From: Raja brachyura
Taxonomy: Eukaryota
Reading direction: 5' to 3'
Assembly: GCA_963514005.1 (NCBI GenBank)
Contig: OY740789.1
Location: 34,472,001 to 34,536,000, forward strand
DNA: 64,000 nucleotides
The notes beneath the pieces were generated by a model. The model saw only the letters and a list, made by a program, of their open reading frames with translations. It had not been told where the DNA came from and did not search any database. A program made the position numbers and the translations under genes. Positions 51,229-63,986 of this stretch are shown here, piece after piece. Each line of letters starts with the position of its first letter. The stretch's first letter is position 1.

Positions 51229-52214
51229 AGTGGGTGAGTTGGGCTGAAGGGCCTGTGTGTCCATTACAGGTGTCAGAGGTTATGGGGGAAGGCAGGAGAA
51301 TGGGGTTAGGAGGGAGAGATAGATCCGTCATGATTGAATGGTGAAGTAGACATGATGGGCCAAATGGCCTAATTCTGCACCTATCACATGATCTTTTGAA
51401 CACATCATACATAAGTTCAATTGAATATTGCTTGAATTTATAGTAAATGTGTTTTTTTAATCAATTTTACGTTATTTCTGTGACATAAAACATCCCATGA
51501 TCATGTACATATAAATCTCCCTGTGTTAAGTTGGCCTCTCAAAGAACATTTGCAATGATTCTTTTGGCAGATAGACCTGGATTGACAGTAGTTATAAATT
51601 AAGCATGCATTTTTGTCAGACTGGATGGTGCTGTGCAGACTCACCATCTGCCTTGCCTTTGCTGTACGCAGAGTGCTGAATGAGTTAACTCTCTGCACCA
51701 AAGAGGCAAGAGGGACACAAGTGGAATATCACGTACCTGCCATTCCAGAATCCCTTGACCATTTTTGACAATGGTTTAACACAGCTGCATTTAACTAAAA
51801 ACAGGATGAGAAATTGAGTTGATATTTCCTCTTCTCCCACCACAAATGCTGCTGACCCCTTGAGTATCTCCTTTCTTATTTCAGAAATTATAGAATCTAG
51901 ACTTTTTTGTTTTTAGCTTAACTTTTTCTATAAATTTATTTTGTATGGATTGTTGTCACACACTTCTGTTGTATTATTTTTATTATCAAATGTTTATCCA
52001 TGAGGTTAAATTACTCACAAATTGTTATAATACGGTTCATGCCAACATATAGTTCTAGAGGCAATAACATTCACTGAACTCACTCTTGTGATGTTGGAAT
52101 TTAGAACACAATCCTATCCTACAATATTCATTGCCACAAATTGATCCTCCAACAATCAACGTAAGAAACTGTGCTGAGGTTTTTCAGTCATGGCATAATT
52201 CTATACTGTGAATG

Positions 52215-52505
52215 TTTTTTCAGGGTGGAGGATTATAATATTGCAGGGCATAGGCTTAAGATGAGAGGAGAGAGATTTAAGAGAGACCTCAGGGACAATT
52301 TTTCCACTCAAAAGTAGTCCGTATCTGGCATGAGCTTCGAGAGGAAGTTGCCGAAGCGGATACCATTACGACTTTTAAAATACATTTGGACAAATATATA
52401 GATTTGAAGGATTCAGAGAGTTAGGAGCCAAATGCAGACAAACTAGGCCATGGAATAGGTGGGACAAAGGACATGTTTCTGTGCTTTACAGCTCTATAAC
52501 TCTAT
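52215..52505 (+). mobile_element. CR1 LINE 3' fragment
   Basis: gggcataggcttaagatgagaggagagagatttaa...tgtttctgtgct tail; similar to 16320-16600. Confidence 0.75.
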
Positions 52506-53441
52506 GTTCATAGTTACAGACTGATGTCAGAGTATTCCTAGTTACATTTGATATAGCAGCGTCTGGATTGGTGCAGTGCTGTACAATGCCACACTTCAAT
52601 CTTACACTACTTATAGTCACAGATTATTGTTAAAATATTTATGTGCGGGTTTGTCCTACACAGCATATGCTCACAGGCTGATACTCCATTCTCATGAATG
52701 TTTCTAGAGAACCTATTTTCACAGTTTTATCCCACAAGTTACATTGTCACATATTGCAACCAGACTGCACAAAGTCACAAATTGAGCAGATTGATCCAAT
52801 GCTGTATGTAGTTAACAAAAGATCCTACGCCATGTACAAACCCAGTCAACAAGGAATCCTAAGGTGTTTACTTTCTAAAGTTGACTTGGGGATATTCATA
52901 CTGGCCGATTAATCTTACATTGAACAGCCATTGATTAATTTGGCATTGTGTGCAGTCTAAAATGAGTATTATAATGTACTTTGTAACAATTGATCAAATG
53001 CAGAAATAATTCACACCATACATAGTCACAGAGTGATTATACGCCTTCATTGTCATAGACTGATCACATGGTGTTTACGTTTCCCTACTGTGACAGTATC
53101 TGCAGCATTCTTAGTCAAAGATTGATCCACAATGCATGTTGTTGTAATTGATCCACTGCTGTTCATAGTGATCTTAAATGTGCATCGAGTAAGAAATTAT
53201 CTTAAATTGACAAATTATTGAGTGTTCTGGGCCACACATTGTTGTGACACTGTTTAAACCTGCATGTTTGCATGGTTGCATGGTTGATCTAACTACACAG
53301 TCACAGACTGACTTTACACAGAATAGAGCCTCAGTTAGATCTTATGCTAATTCTTGTCAAAGATGAGCCTTGTGTTTTATATACATTGTCTCAGATGCAT
53401 GTAAAGACATTCAGGACTAAGATGAAGAGAACATAAGCAAT

Positions 53442-53760
53442 GGAGGCCACTGGAGCAGCAGAATGATCTCACAGCTACAGAGTCCCGGGTTTGATCCTGA
53501 CCTCGGGCATTGGCTGCGTGGAGTATCTAAGTTCTCCCTGTGACTGCTAGGGCTTCCTCTGGGTGCTCCGTTTCCTTTCACATCCCAAGGATGTGTTGAG
53601 TTTGTAGGTTGATTGGCCTCTGTAAATTGCCACTAGTGCATCGGGAATGGATGAAAAAGTGAGTTAACATACAACACATGTGGACGGGTGATCGGGTTGG
53701 TGTGATGGGTGGTGTGGACTCAGTGGGCCAAAAGGCCTGTTTCCATGTTGTATCGACCCT
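53442..53760 (+). mobile_element. HE1-type tRNA-derived V-SINE
   Basis: B-box-like GGTTTGATCC (53488-53497), V-domain-like gggtgctccgtttcctttcacatcccaaggatgtg and CR1-derived tail gggccaaaaggcctgtttccatg. Confidence 0.8.
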
Positions 53761-53761
53761 A

Positions 53762-54140
53762 CATAGAAACATAGAAACATAGAAAATAGGTGCAGGAGTA
53801 GGCCATTCGGCCCTTCGAGCCTGCACCGCCATTCAATATGATCATGGGTGATCATCCAACTCAGTATCCCGTACCTGCCTTCTCTCCATATCCCCTGATC
53901 CCTCTAGCCATAAGGGCCACATCTAACTCCCTCTTAAATATAGCCAATGAACTGGCCTCAACTACCTTCTGTGGCAGAGAATTCCAGAGACTCACCACTC
54001 TCTTTTTTCTCATCTCAGTCCTAAAAGATTTCCCCCTTATCCTTAAACTGTGACCCATTGTTGTGGACTTCCCCAACATCGGGAACAATCTTCCTGCATC
54101 TAGCCTGTCCAACCCCTTAAGAATTTTGTAAGTTTCTAAA
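53762..54140 (-). mobile_element. CR1 LINE 3' fragment
   Basis: ORF 53861-54148 (ETYKILKGLDRLDAGRLFP...LWNSLPQKVVEA); (CATAGAAA)3 tail. Confidence 0.92.
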
Positions 54141-54365
54141 CTGGACATGGTCCAACAGTCTTCACACCTGCAGGTGGATCTTCAAATATACATCAATACC
54201 CAAGCATCTTGCACTTTGTAAACTCAACATTTGATCTTGGACTGCTCACGTTCACGTTGAAGTTACTCTGTGCATAGACAGATTTGATTCATCGTTACAG
54301 TTCAGCCCTGCATTTCACAAAGATGCAAATTGATCCTAGACTATACAGATATAGGTTGACTCCAT

Positions 54366-54495
54366 GGAACCTTCACGTGGTCCGCCCTCTTTCGACGAAT
54401 GCAATCAACCTGGTGTGCACAATCAAATAAGATCAAATAGAACAAGTTGTCCTACAACTTTAGGCGGTGCATGCCATACGCACGAAGAAGAAGAA
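54366..54495 (+). mobile_element. Short retroposon with a (GAA)4 tail (RTE-like)
   Basis: Perfect 11-bp TSD GTTGACTCCAT at 54355-54365 and 54496-54506. Confidence 0.7.
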
Positions 54496-54968
54496 GTTGA
54501 CTCCATACCATGGTCACACATTGCTCATTATCACAATGACCCTCCAATATATATAGCCGAACATTAACATTATACCACATGTGGCTACGGGTTAATATCA
54601 CATTTGTAGTCAAAGATTGTGAGCAAACAGAGTGACAGACTGATCGTATAGTATTCACAGTGATAGACTGATCCTATAGAATTCACGGTGATAGGCTGAT
54701 CCTACAATATTCATGGTGACCGATTGATCATACAGTATTCATAGTAACAGATTGATCAGACGGTATTCCTGGTGACAAACTGATGATATGGTATTCCTCA
54801 TAACAGATTGATTGTACAGTATTCACTGTGACAGATTGATCATACAGTATTCACTGTGACAGACTGTTCATACAGTATTCACTGTGATAGGCTGATAGTA
54901 CGCTATTCACAGTGACAGGTTGATGGTACAATAAACACGGTGACAGACTGATCATATGGTATTCATGG

Positions 54969-55174
54969 AAGGTAGACAAAAATGCCTGAGAAGCTCAGCG
55001 TGTGAGGCAGCATTTATGGAGATAAGGAATTGGCGACGTTTCGGGTCGAGACCCTTCTTCAGACTGAACGTCGCCAATTCCTTCTCTCCATAGATGCTGC
55101 CTCACCCGCTGAGTTTCTCCAGCATTTTTTTTATCTATCTTCGATTTTTACAGCATCTGCAGTTCTTTCTTAAA
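54969..55174. mobile_element. Young palindromic Penelope-derived element with an intact hammerhead-like core (minus strand, 55035-55062)
   Basis: About 70-bp inverted arms; perfect 16-bp TSD CATATGGTATTCATGG (54953-54968, 55175-55190). Confidence 0.9.
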
Positions 55175-55320
55175 CATATGGTATTCATGGTGACAGGTTG
55201 ATCGCACAGTATTCACGGTGACAGGTTGACCGGATGGTATTCCGGGTGACAGATTGATCGCACAGTATATACTGTGACAGACTGATGGCACAGTATTCAC
55301 AATGACAGATTGATCCTCAA

Positions 55321-56320
55321 TAACCATCAGCACTGGGGCACCTAAAATATGTAAGCTCTGTCCCCTGCTCTACTCACTCTATACCCATGACTGTAGCCAG
55401 ACACAGTCCCAACTCCACCTTTAAATTCACCAACAACATCTCTGTTATTGGACAAATTAAAGATAATGGTGAGTCAGAGTACAGGAGTGAGATTGATTGG
55501 CTGACTGAATGGTGCCTGAACAACAACCTTGACCTCAACATCAGTAATACTAAGGAATTAATTGCTGAATTTAGAAGAGGAAGACTGAGGATCCACAAAT
55601 CTGTCTTTGTTTATGGGCTGGCGGTGGAGAGAGTCAAAAACGTCAAGTTCTTGGTTGTGGATATCTCTGAAGACCCTGTCCTGGACCCAGCATATTGATG
55701 CAATCAGAAAGAAAGGTCATCAACACCTCTACTTCCTTAGAAGATTCAGAAGATTTGGTTTGTTGATGAATACCCTCTTGAACATCTACAGGTGTACGGT
55801 AGAGGGCATAATGACTGGTTGTATCACGACTTGGTTTGGCAACTCAAACGCCCAGGAATGAAGGAGATTACAAAAAAGTGGTGAACAGTGGCGATCCATC
55901 AAGGGTTCCACCATTGAAACGATCTATAAGAGGCACTGTCTCAAAAAGGTAGGCAATATCATCAAGGACCCACAACCATGCTCTCATTTGACTCTTGCCT
56001 TTGGGAAGAAGGTATAGTAGTCTGAAAACAGTAACATCCAGGTTCAGGAACAGCTTCTTCCTAACAACCATCAGGCTATTGAACACAACAAACTCCAATT
56101 AAACACTGAACCACAAACTGCCTGGGTTGCACTGGGGACCTTCAGCTTTGTTTTTGTTTTTAAACTCTATTGGGTTTTTCATTTATTGAACTTGTTTTTT
56201 TGTTTGTTTATTACATTATCTATTGAATACTGTGTTCACAAACCAATTGTACTGCTGCTGCAAGAATTTCATTGTTCCATTTCGAGGCATATGACATTGA
56301 AACATTCTTGACTCTTGACT
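55321..56320 (+). mobile_element. Rex1/Babar-type LINE, RT C-terminal half
   Basis: ORFs 55387 (ESEYRSEIDWLTEWCLNNNLDLNISNTKELI) and 55607 (LSWTQHIDAIRKKGHQHLYFLRR...CITTWFGN); (CTTGACT)n tail; frameshifted. Confidence 0.88.
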
Positions 56321-56639
56321 GTACAGTATTGCCAGTGACAGATTATTGTATGATATTATTGATGACATATTGATGGTACATTGTTCACGGTGACACTGAT
56401 CCTACGATATTCATGGTTACAGATCAGTCTTATGGTATTCACGGTGACAGACTGGTCATATGTTATTGACGGTGACAGTCTAATATACTGTATTTAATGT
56501 AACAAATTGATCATAGATTATTTATGGTGGCATTGGTTGTACGGTATTCACAATGACTGCATAATCGTAATGGTATTCACTGTGATAGATTGATTATAGA
56601 TTATTTATGGAGCTCTATTATTGATCGGAAAGTATTAAA

Positions 56640-58012
56640 GTCACAGTCATACAACATGTGAACAGGCTAGTCGGTCCAACTTGCCCATGTCGACCAAGAT
56701 ACCCCATTTACACTGGTCCCACCTATCCGCATATGACCTATATCCATCTAAACCTTTCCTTTATATGTACCTGTCCAAATGTTTTTTAAATGTTGTTATA
56801 GTACCTGATCAACTACCTCCTCTGGCCACGGGTTCCATATACCCACCAACCTGTGTGAAAAATATGCTCCTGAACTTCCTATTAAATATTTCCCTCTTAA
56901 ACCTTTGTCCTCCGTTTCTTGACACCCCTACTCTGGGGAAATAACTGTGCATCTACCCTATATATTCCACTCATGATTTTATGCACCGCTATAAGATTGC
57001 TCCACCTCTTCCTGCGCTCCAAGAAATAAAGTCCTAGCCTGCCCAACCTCTCCTTGGTGCTCAGACATTCAAGTTCTGGCAACATCCTCGTAAATCTTCC
57101 CTGCACTCTTTCTTACCTAAGGGGAAATAAACTATCAAACATCTTTCCTATAGCACAGTTACAAAAACTGAAAACAAGATTCCAAATGCAGCCTCACCAA
57201 TGTCTCATATAAGTGTAATATAATATCCCAACTCTATACTGAATACCATTGACTGAATAAAGTCAATGTACCGAAAGCCTTCTTGACCCTCCCTATCTCC
57301 CTGTAACACCACTTTCAAGGAATTATGTACTTGCCATCCTAGATCCCTCTGCTCTACACCACTCCCTAGGGCCTGCCATTCACTGTGAAGGACCTGCCCT
57401 GGTTTGACTTTCCAAAATACAGTACCTCGCATTTATCTGCATTCAACTGCATTAACCATTCCTCAGTCCACTTGTTCAGCTGACTATCCTGCTGACAGTC
57501 AAGTTCGCTATCTACTATACTGCCCACTTTTGTGTCATTTGCAAACATACTTCATGCCTCGTACATTCTCATCCAAATCATTGAGACAAACCACAAACAA
57601 CAATGGGCCCAGCACTGATCCCTGATGCACACCATTAACCACAGGTCTCCGGTCTGAAAAACAACCTTCTACCATCACCCTCTGGTTCTTTCCATGAAGC
57701 CAAGTCTTTATCCAGTTGGTCGGTCATCTCTCTCTGGTTCCCGTGCAATCTAATTTTCCACAACAGCCTACCATGCAGAACCTTATCGAATGCCTGGCTG
57801 AAGTCCATATAGACAATGTCTACGATTTTGTCCTCATCATCCTTTATGGTTACTTCTTCAAGGAATTTAATCAGATTTGTGAGATGATCTCCACATATGA
57901 AGCCATGCTGACTATCCTTAATCAGCCCCTGTCTATCCAAAGGCATACATATCTTACCCCTCGGAATACTCTCCAGTAACGGGCTCAGATGGTCTATCGT
58001 TCTTAGGCTTCT
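56640..58012 (-). mobile_element. CR1 LINE RT fragment
   Basis: ORFs QHGF...VDIVYMDFSQAFDKVLHGRLL (57635-57946), MFANDTKVG (57366-57548) and QGRFTRMLP (56897-57106); frameshifted. Confidence 0.92.
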
Positions 58013-58199
58013 CCTTGCAGCCCTTCTTTAATAATTCTTCATACAGTTCAATGTCACAGATTCAACCAACACTCTGCCTAGTTGCATGTTAATGTTACAG
58101 CAGTAATAATCTCAGAGCGGTCCTACAGACTTCAAAGCCACAGAATGACCAAAGAGTACCTATCATGAGAAATGTTACCTAAACTACGTGGAGTTGCAG

Positions 58200-61100
58200 G
58201 AGAATCATACAGTATTAATAGACTCAGATTAGTCCTATGCATTAATAGTCATAGATGAATCCTATAGTATTAATGGTCACAGATTAATCCTGCAGTATTA
58301 ATGGTCACAGATTAATCCTGCAGTATTAATTGATGTAGTTGAATCCTAGAATATTAATAGTCCAAGATGAATCCTGCCAATGTTATTAACACACAGATGA
58401 ATCCAATATTAATATAACACACAAAATTAATAGTCTAGGATGAATCTTACAGTATTAATAGTCACTGAAGAATCCTACAGTATTAATTGACACATATGAA
58501 TCTTGTAGTATTATTAGTCACATAAATCCTACAGTATTAATAGACACAGATTAATCCTACATTAGTATTCACAGAAGAATCCTACCATATTAATACATAC
58601 AGATTATTCCTACCATATTAATAGTCACAGATGGATTTTATAGTATTAATAGTCACATATGATCTATGCAGTATTAATTGTCACAGATTAATCCACCAGT
58701 ACTAATAGTTACAGATAAATCATGTGGTATTAATGTTGGCAGATGAATACTATAGTATTAGTAGTCACAGATCAATTTAAGATTATTAATAGTTACATGA
58801 ATCCTACAATATTAATAATCTTACATGAATCCTGCAGTATTAATACATATAGTTGAGTGCTATAATATTGATAGTCACAGATTAATCCTGCAGCATTATT
58901 AACACTCACATATGAATCCTACAATATTAACAGTCTCAGATTAATCCTACAGAATTAACCGTGCAGATGAATCCTGTATTCTTAATAGTCACAGATGAAT
59001 TCTGTAGTATTAATGGTCACAGGTTAATCCTGCAGTATTAATAGTTACAGATGAATTTAAGAGTATTAATTGTCACAGATGAAACCTACAGTGCTCATAG
59101 TCATAGATGAATCCGACAGTATTAGTTGTTACTGAGTATTAATGATCACATTTCAATCCCACAACATTATTAAACCACAGATTAATCATAGTATCAAGAG
59201 TGACAGATGAATCCTAGGGTGTTAATAGTCACAGATGAATTCTACAGCATTTTTAGTCAGTGAATCATATAGTATTAACAGTCTGATGAATTCAAGAATA
59301 TTAATAGTCACTGAATCCTATAGTATTAATAATTACAGCTGAACCCTAGAGTATTGATAGACACATATGAATTGTGTAGTATTAATAGTCATAGATGAAT
59401 CCTAGAGTAGTAATCAATACAAATTAATCTTACAGTATTAAAGTTCACAGAAGAATCTGAGAGCATAAGTAGACATAGATGTATCCTAGAGCATTAGTAA
59501 ACACATAAGCATCCTACAGTATTAATAGTCACAAATGAATCATGCAATATTAATAATCACAGATGAATCCTATAGTATTATTAGTCACAGATGAATCATA
59601 CAGTATTAATAGTAATGGATGAATCCTACAGTATTAATCCTGTATTAATACAGACTGTTAAATCCCAGAGTATTAACAGTCGCAGATGAATCCTGCGACA
59701 TTATTAACACTCACAGGTGAGTTCTACAGTATTGATAGTCCTGGATGCATGCTACAGTATTAATAGCCATAGATGAATCCTGCAGTATTAATAGATACAG
59801 TTGAATCCTACAATATTAATAGTCACTGATGAATCCTGTGGTATTAATAGTCATAGATTAATCTTGCAGTTGCAACTAGTTATAAAGGGATTTTGCAACT
59901 AGTTATAACGGGATCTTCTTCCCAGAGGCCATTAGGACTGTAAACTCCTATTTCACCAGGGACTAACTTTACTGTACCACAATACCGCCCAAAATATTTA
60001 ATATGTAAAAGAACATGTGATTCTGTTCCATTCTGTTTGTAGTTTGTTTGGTTATTTGTTTGTTTGTTTTTTTTGCACAAAGTCCGCTAGCATTGTCACT
60101 TTTCATTTAACTGCACATCTCGTATGTGTATGTGACGAATAAACTTGACTTGACTTGACTTGACTTGGGAAGCAGCCTTTTAAACGTGCCCAGAAAGTTT
60201 GAGAAGGCTTGACAGGAAGTTCAGAGTTCCAGAGGGTAAAAGGAAAATTGAGCAGAATGGTGGCATGAGGGGTTGTGTGGTTTGCATAGTGTGTGGACAC
60301 ACTTAAACATTGAGCCAGTAGAGAGAGAATTGGACAAGGCTAAGGAGGGATTTCAATATTTAGATGTAAACAAATTACCCTTTCATGATGGAGGGATATG
60401 ACCAGAAGGGTCGCCTCTTGCAATGCCATCTGTGGCAACTTAGGGAATTTCAACTGAGCCCTTGTAATTTTGTCTGGATTATACAGGTGGGTGGACCATC
60501 AGTTGTCAGAAAATTGGTGTTCAACCTGTATTAGCCACAAACGAATCCTATTATTAGTCATAGATGAATCCTGCAGTATTAACTGTCACAGATGAATCCA
60601 AGAGTATAGATAGTCACAGATGAATCCTACAATAATAATAGTTGCAGATTAATCCTGTATTATTATTACACACTGACGAATCTTAGAGTACTAATAGTCA
60701 TGGATAAATTCTACAGTATTAATATTCACAGAACCATCCTGTAGTATTAATTGTCACAGATGAATCAGAGTATGAACAGTCACAGAAGAATCCTAAAGAT
60801 GATTCCAGTATTAATAGTTACAGATGATTCCCACAGCATTAATAATCACAGATGAATACTGCAATATTAATAATCACAGATGAATCTTAGAGTAGTAATA
60901 GTCACAAACTATTCCTAGAGTATTAATAGTGACGGTTGATTTCTGCAATATTAATAGTCACAGATATGTCCTACAGTATTAACAGTTATAGGTGAAACCT
61001 TAGTATTAAGTCACAGATTAATCTTGTAGTATTAAGTCACATAAATTCTACCATATTAATTGTCACAGATGAATACCACAACATCCTTAAATACTACACT

Positions 61101-61500
61101 AATAGTTAGAGATGAATCCTATAGTATTTATAGTCAGAGATACATTATACTGTATCATTAGTCACAGATTAATAGTCATAGATGAATCTTGCATTATTAA
61201 TAGATACAGTTGTATCCTAGTGTATTTATAGTCACAGATGAATCCTGCAGCATTATTAACACTCACAAATGAATCCTAGAGTATTAATAAGCATGGATGA
61301 AAGTTCCAGTATTAATAGCCACAGATGAATCCTGTAGTATTAATGGACAGAGATGAATCCAAGTATTAATAGTCATAGATCCATCCAAGTATTAATAGCC
61401 ACAGATGAATCTTACAATATTACTGGTCAAGTGAATCTGAGTAGTAATACAGAGATGAATCCTTCAGCATTGATAGTCCTGACTGATCCTGTAGCATTTC
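58200..61500 (+). repeat. 28-bp satellite, subfamily B (interrupted at about 59870-60530)
   Basis: CAGTATTAATAGTCACAGATGAATCCTA-like units; AGTATT at 58266, 58294 and 58322; roughly 90 diverged copies (estimated from length). Confidence 0.95.
59990..60166 (+). mobile_element. LINE 3' tail
   Basis: ...tgtgacgaataaa followed by (CTTGA)n. Confidence 0.65.
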
Positions 61501-62269
61501 TCGATTGTTCCTAGAATACTTCAAGAGGCAGAATGATTTTAGTCTGTACACAGTCATTGATATTCCTTCCCCTGTACATTGTCACAGATAGATCCTACCT
61601 AGTATAAAGTTAGAGCTAAATTCCATAGTAGAACACCATAAATCAATCCTACAGTATTCACTATCAAAGGTTGATTCTACACTATATGTAATTACAAATT
61701 CGACACTATATGTAAACACAATTTCGATAACTGCTAATTGGTCCTAAACTATATATTGGTACCTCCTAATCCAACAATATTCACAGTCATGGATTAATCC
61801 TAAAGTACTCTGAACCTGAGCACTGTACTGTCATGGATTAATCCTGAAATAGACAGTCACAGATTGATTCTGAAGTATTCATTGTTGTAGACTGACCCTA
61901 AATTGTACAGTCAGACTGATTCCAGGCAATGTCACGTGCTGGTCCTCCAGTTTTCGTAGACATGAACTGATCCAACCCTGTACAATGATGGTCGCTGACT
62001 GATCTCACACACTATACAGAAATAAATTAATATTACAGTATTTATTGTTGCACCTTATTCTTATAATATATATGGTCACTGACTGATCCTTACAGAACTC
62101 ATGGTAACAGATTAAATATGCAGCAGCAGCTTAATGCCACAGTGCACATTGTAATACACTGATTCTGAACATTCAGTCACAGATCGATGCTGGAAGATTC
62201 ATTGATCTTCGAATGCCTAAACACATATTCTCACAATATTATTCTCACAGCTTAATCCTGGAGTAATTG

Positions 62270-62652
62270 TGGTCCCACTTTCATGGATAGGGCCTAGGTG
62301 AAACCTAGAGTACTGTTCAACTTTCAAGACAGAAACAACTCCAGATGCTGCTTTAGAAAAAAAAGAAAGTTGAGAAAGAGGTGGGGGTGGGACAAAGCCT
62401 GGCAAGTGATAGGTAGATACAGTTGAATGAAACCCTTGCATACTTGTATCCACCTATCATTTGCCAGACTTTGCCTCACCCCAACCTTGTTTTCCTTTCT
62501 CCCCTCTATCCCCGTTACAATTAGTCTGAAGAAGGGTCACGAACCAAAACATCGACTATGCATGTCCTCCAGAGATGCTGCCTGACCCGCTGAGTTACTC
62601 CAGCAACAGAGTTCAATACAAAATTCCAGCATCTAAAGTTACTTGTGTCTCC
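62270..62652. mobile_element. Penelope-like remnant with an inverted segment and a decayed hammerhead core
   Basis: Inverted pair 62381-62420 / 62445-62483; CTGAAGA AGGGTCACGAACC AAAAC ATC from 62526; family 3' end. Confidence 0.7.
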
Positions 62653-63727
62653 ACGGATATATCTTTTCCATATATTGTGTTCTTTTACTTTGCTGTTTTT
62701 CTTATTTTTATAAATTAATCACTTTGAGATAACAATGTTGGATATAAATAAATGTACCTGCCAGAACACAGAAGACAGGTTTTACTGTCGTGAGATTCAC
62801 TCATGAATTATTATTGGTTGTTATCTTAGAGTCATTGCCATTACATTCTGTCACTTATGCCAACAGACACTGCATATCAACCGTTTAAATCTGACGGACA
62901 TTTTGGCAAATGTTTCGGCAGTCAAAGTTGCAGTTAAAAGTAAAGCAATATCATGCAACACTGCCAATTTGTCTGTGCTTTCTGCCAAGTGAAGAGCCAT
63001 TTTTGTGTCAGTCATCAGTCTGCCTTGTCTCGCTCTCCACGGCTGCGGCAGACTTTCTCAACTATCCCACCAAGTGTGACGCTGCCCATCAACTGCCCCC
63101 GTTGCCACTCCCCTATAATTAGACAAAGTCAACACAGCAGTCATTCATTGTAAAGCCACAGTACCTGAAGCGTCAACAATTTCCAGTCCGAAGATTTAAA
63201 GAACATGGCTTCCTCCATGAATGCATCAGCTACCGAAGTAAAACTGCAATTTACCCAACAAACTCTGATCAAACTGATAACCTGAACTTGTGCTTTCAGT
63301 TAGTCAAAATCTCCCGCTAAGAGGTAAGAGCTGCCACTCAGACAGCCTGTGCTCAGGAGCCAGTAACCATGCTTACTGGATCATTTGCTTAAGAATGTGC
63401 TGGCTCACATACAGAGCTTGCTGAAATGATGAAGAAAGTGCATGGGCCGCACTAGCTTGGCTGGGATGGTGGGGAATGTCAGACAGGACTGCTGGTACTC
63501 TGCATGCTATTTCTGAGTATGTACACTTTGTGGCAAGTGATAGACACCCCCAATGGAACAAAAAGGTCCTGGGGGTGTAAGTAAGGATTCTAATAATGCG
63601 ACCTGTCCTGGAAACCCACTGTTTTGAAATGACAATTATAGATCCAGCTGTTTTTTTATCAGTTTTACACTAATTAAAATCTTAAATAATACAAATACCT
63701 AAAATACTAAATTACGCAAATTAGACT

Positions 63728-63986
63728 CTGTGTGAGTGTTTGTGCGTAGTGTCTGTGTATGTGTGTGCTTTTATGTTTGTATATGTGTATAGTGTATGTG
63801 TGTAGTGTGTGTGAATGCAGTGTGTGTGTGTGCTTATGTGTTTGCATGTGTGTGTAGTGTGTAGTATGTGCGCATGTTTAAATGTTTATATACGTGTGTG
63901 TGCACTTTTATGTTTGTGTGTGTTTGTGTAGTGTGTCGGTGTGCATTGTGTGTGTGTGTGTGTGTGTTTATGTGCGTTGTGTGTGA
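63728..63986 (+). repeat. Degenerate (TG)n tract
   Basis: Read directly from the sequence. Confidence 0.95.

Larger units (their letters stand above)
54600..56640 (+). repeat. 28-bp satellite, subfamily A (interrupted)
   Basis: CAGTATTCACTGTGACAGATTGATCATA-like units; CAGTATT at 54817, 54845 and 54873; segments 54600-54968, 55175-55320 and 56321-56640. Confidence 0.9.

Noticed and set aside
53442-53520. tRNA gene
   Set aside because: Decayed tRNA-derived head of a V-SINE; no cloverleaf.
54969-55174. miRNA precursor or DNA-transposon MITE
   Set aside because: It is a multicopy family; long variable TSDs, an asymmetric fixed 3' end and linkage to a GIY-YIG remnant favour Penelope origin.
58200-61500. 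CRISPR array
   Set aside because: The 28-bp units are head-to-tail without unique spacers, there are no cas genes, and the context is vertebrate.
54600-61500. Coding repeat (3 x 28 = 84 nt, the C2H2 zinc-finger period)
   Set aside because: The true period is 28 nt, stops recur in all frames, there is no Cys/His pattern and no long ORF.
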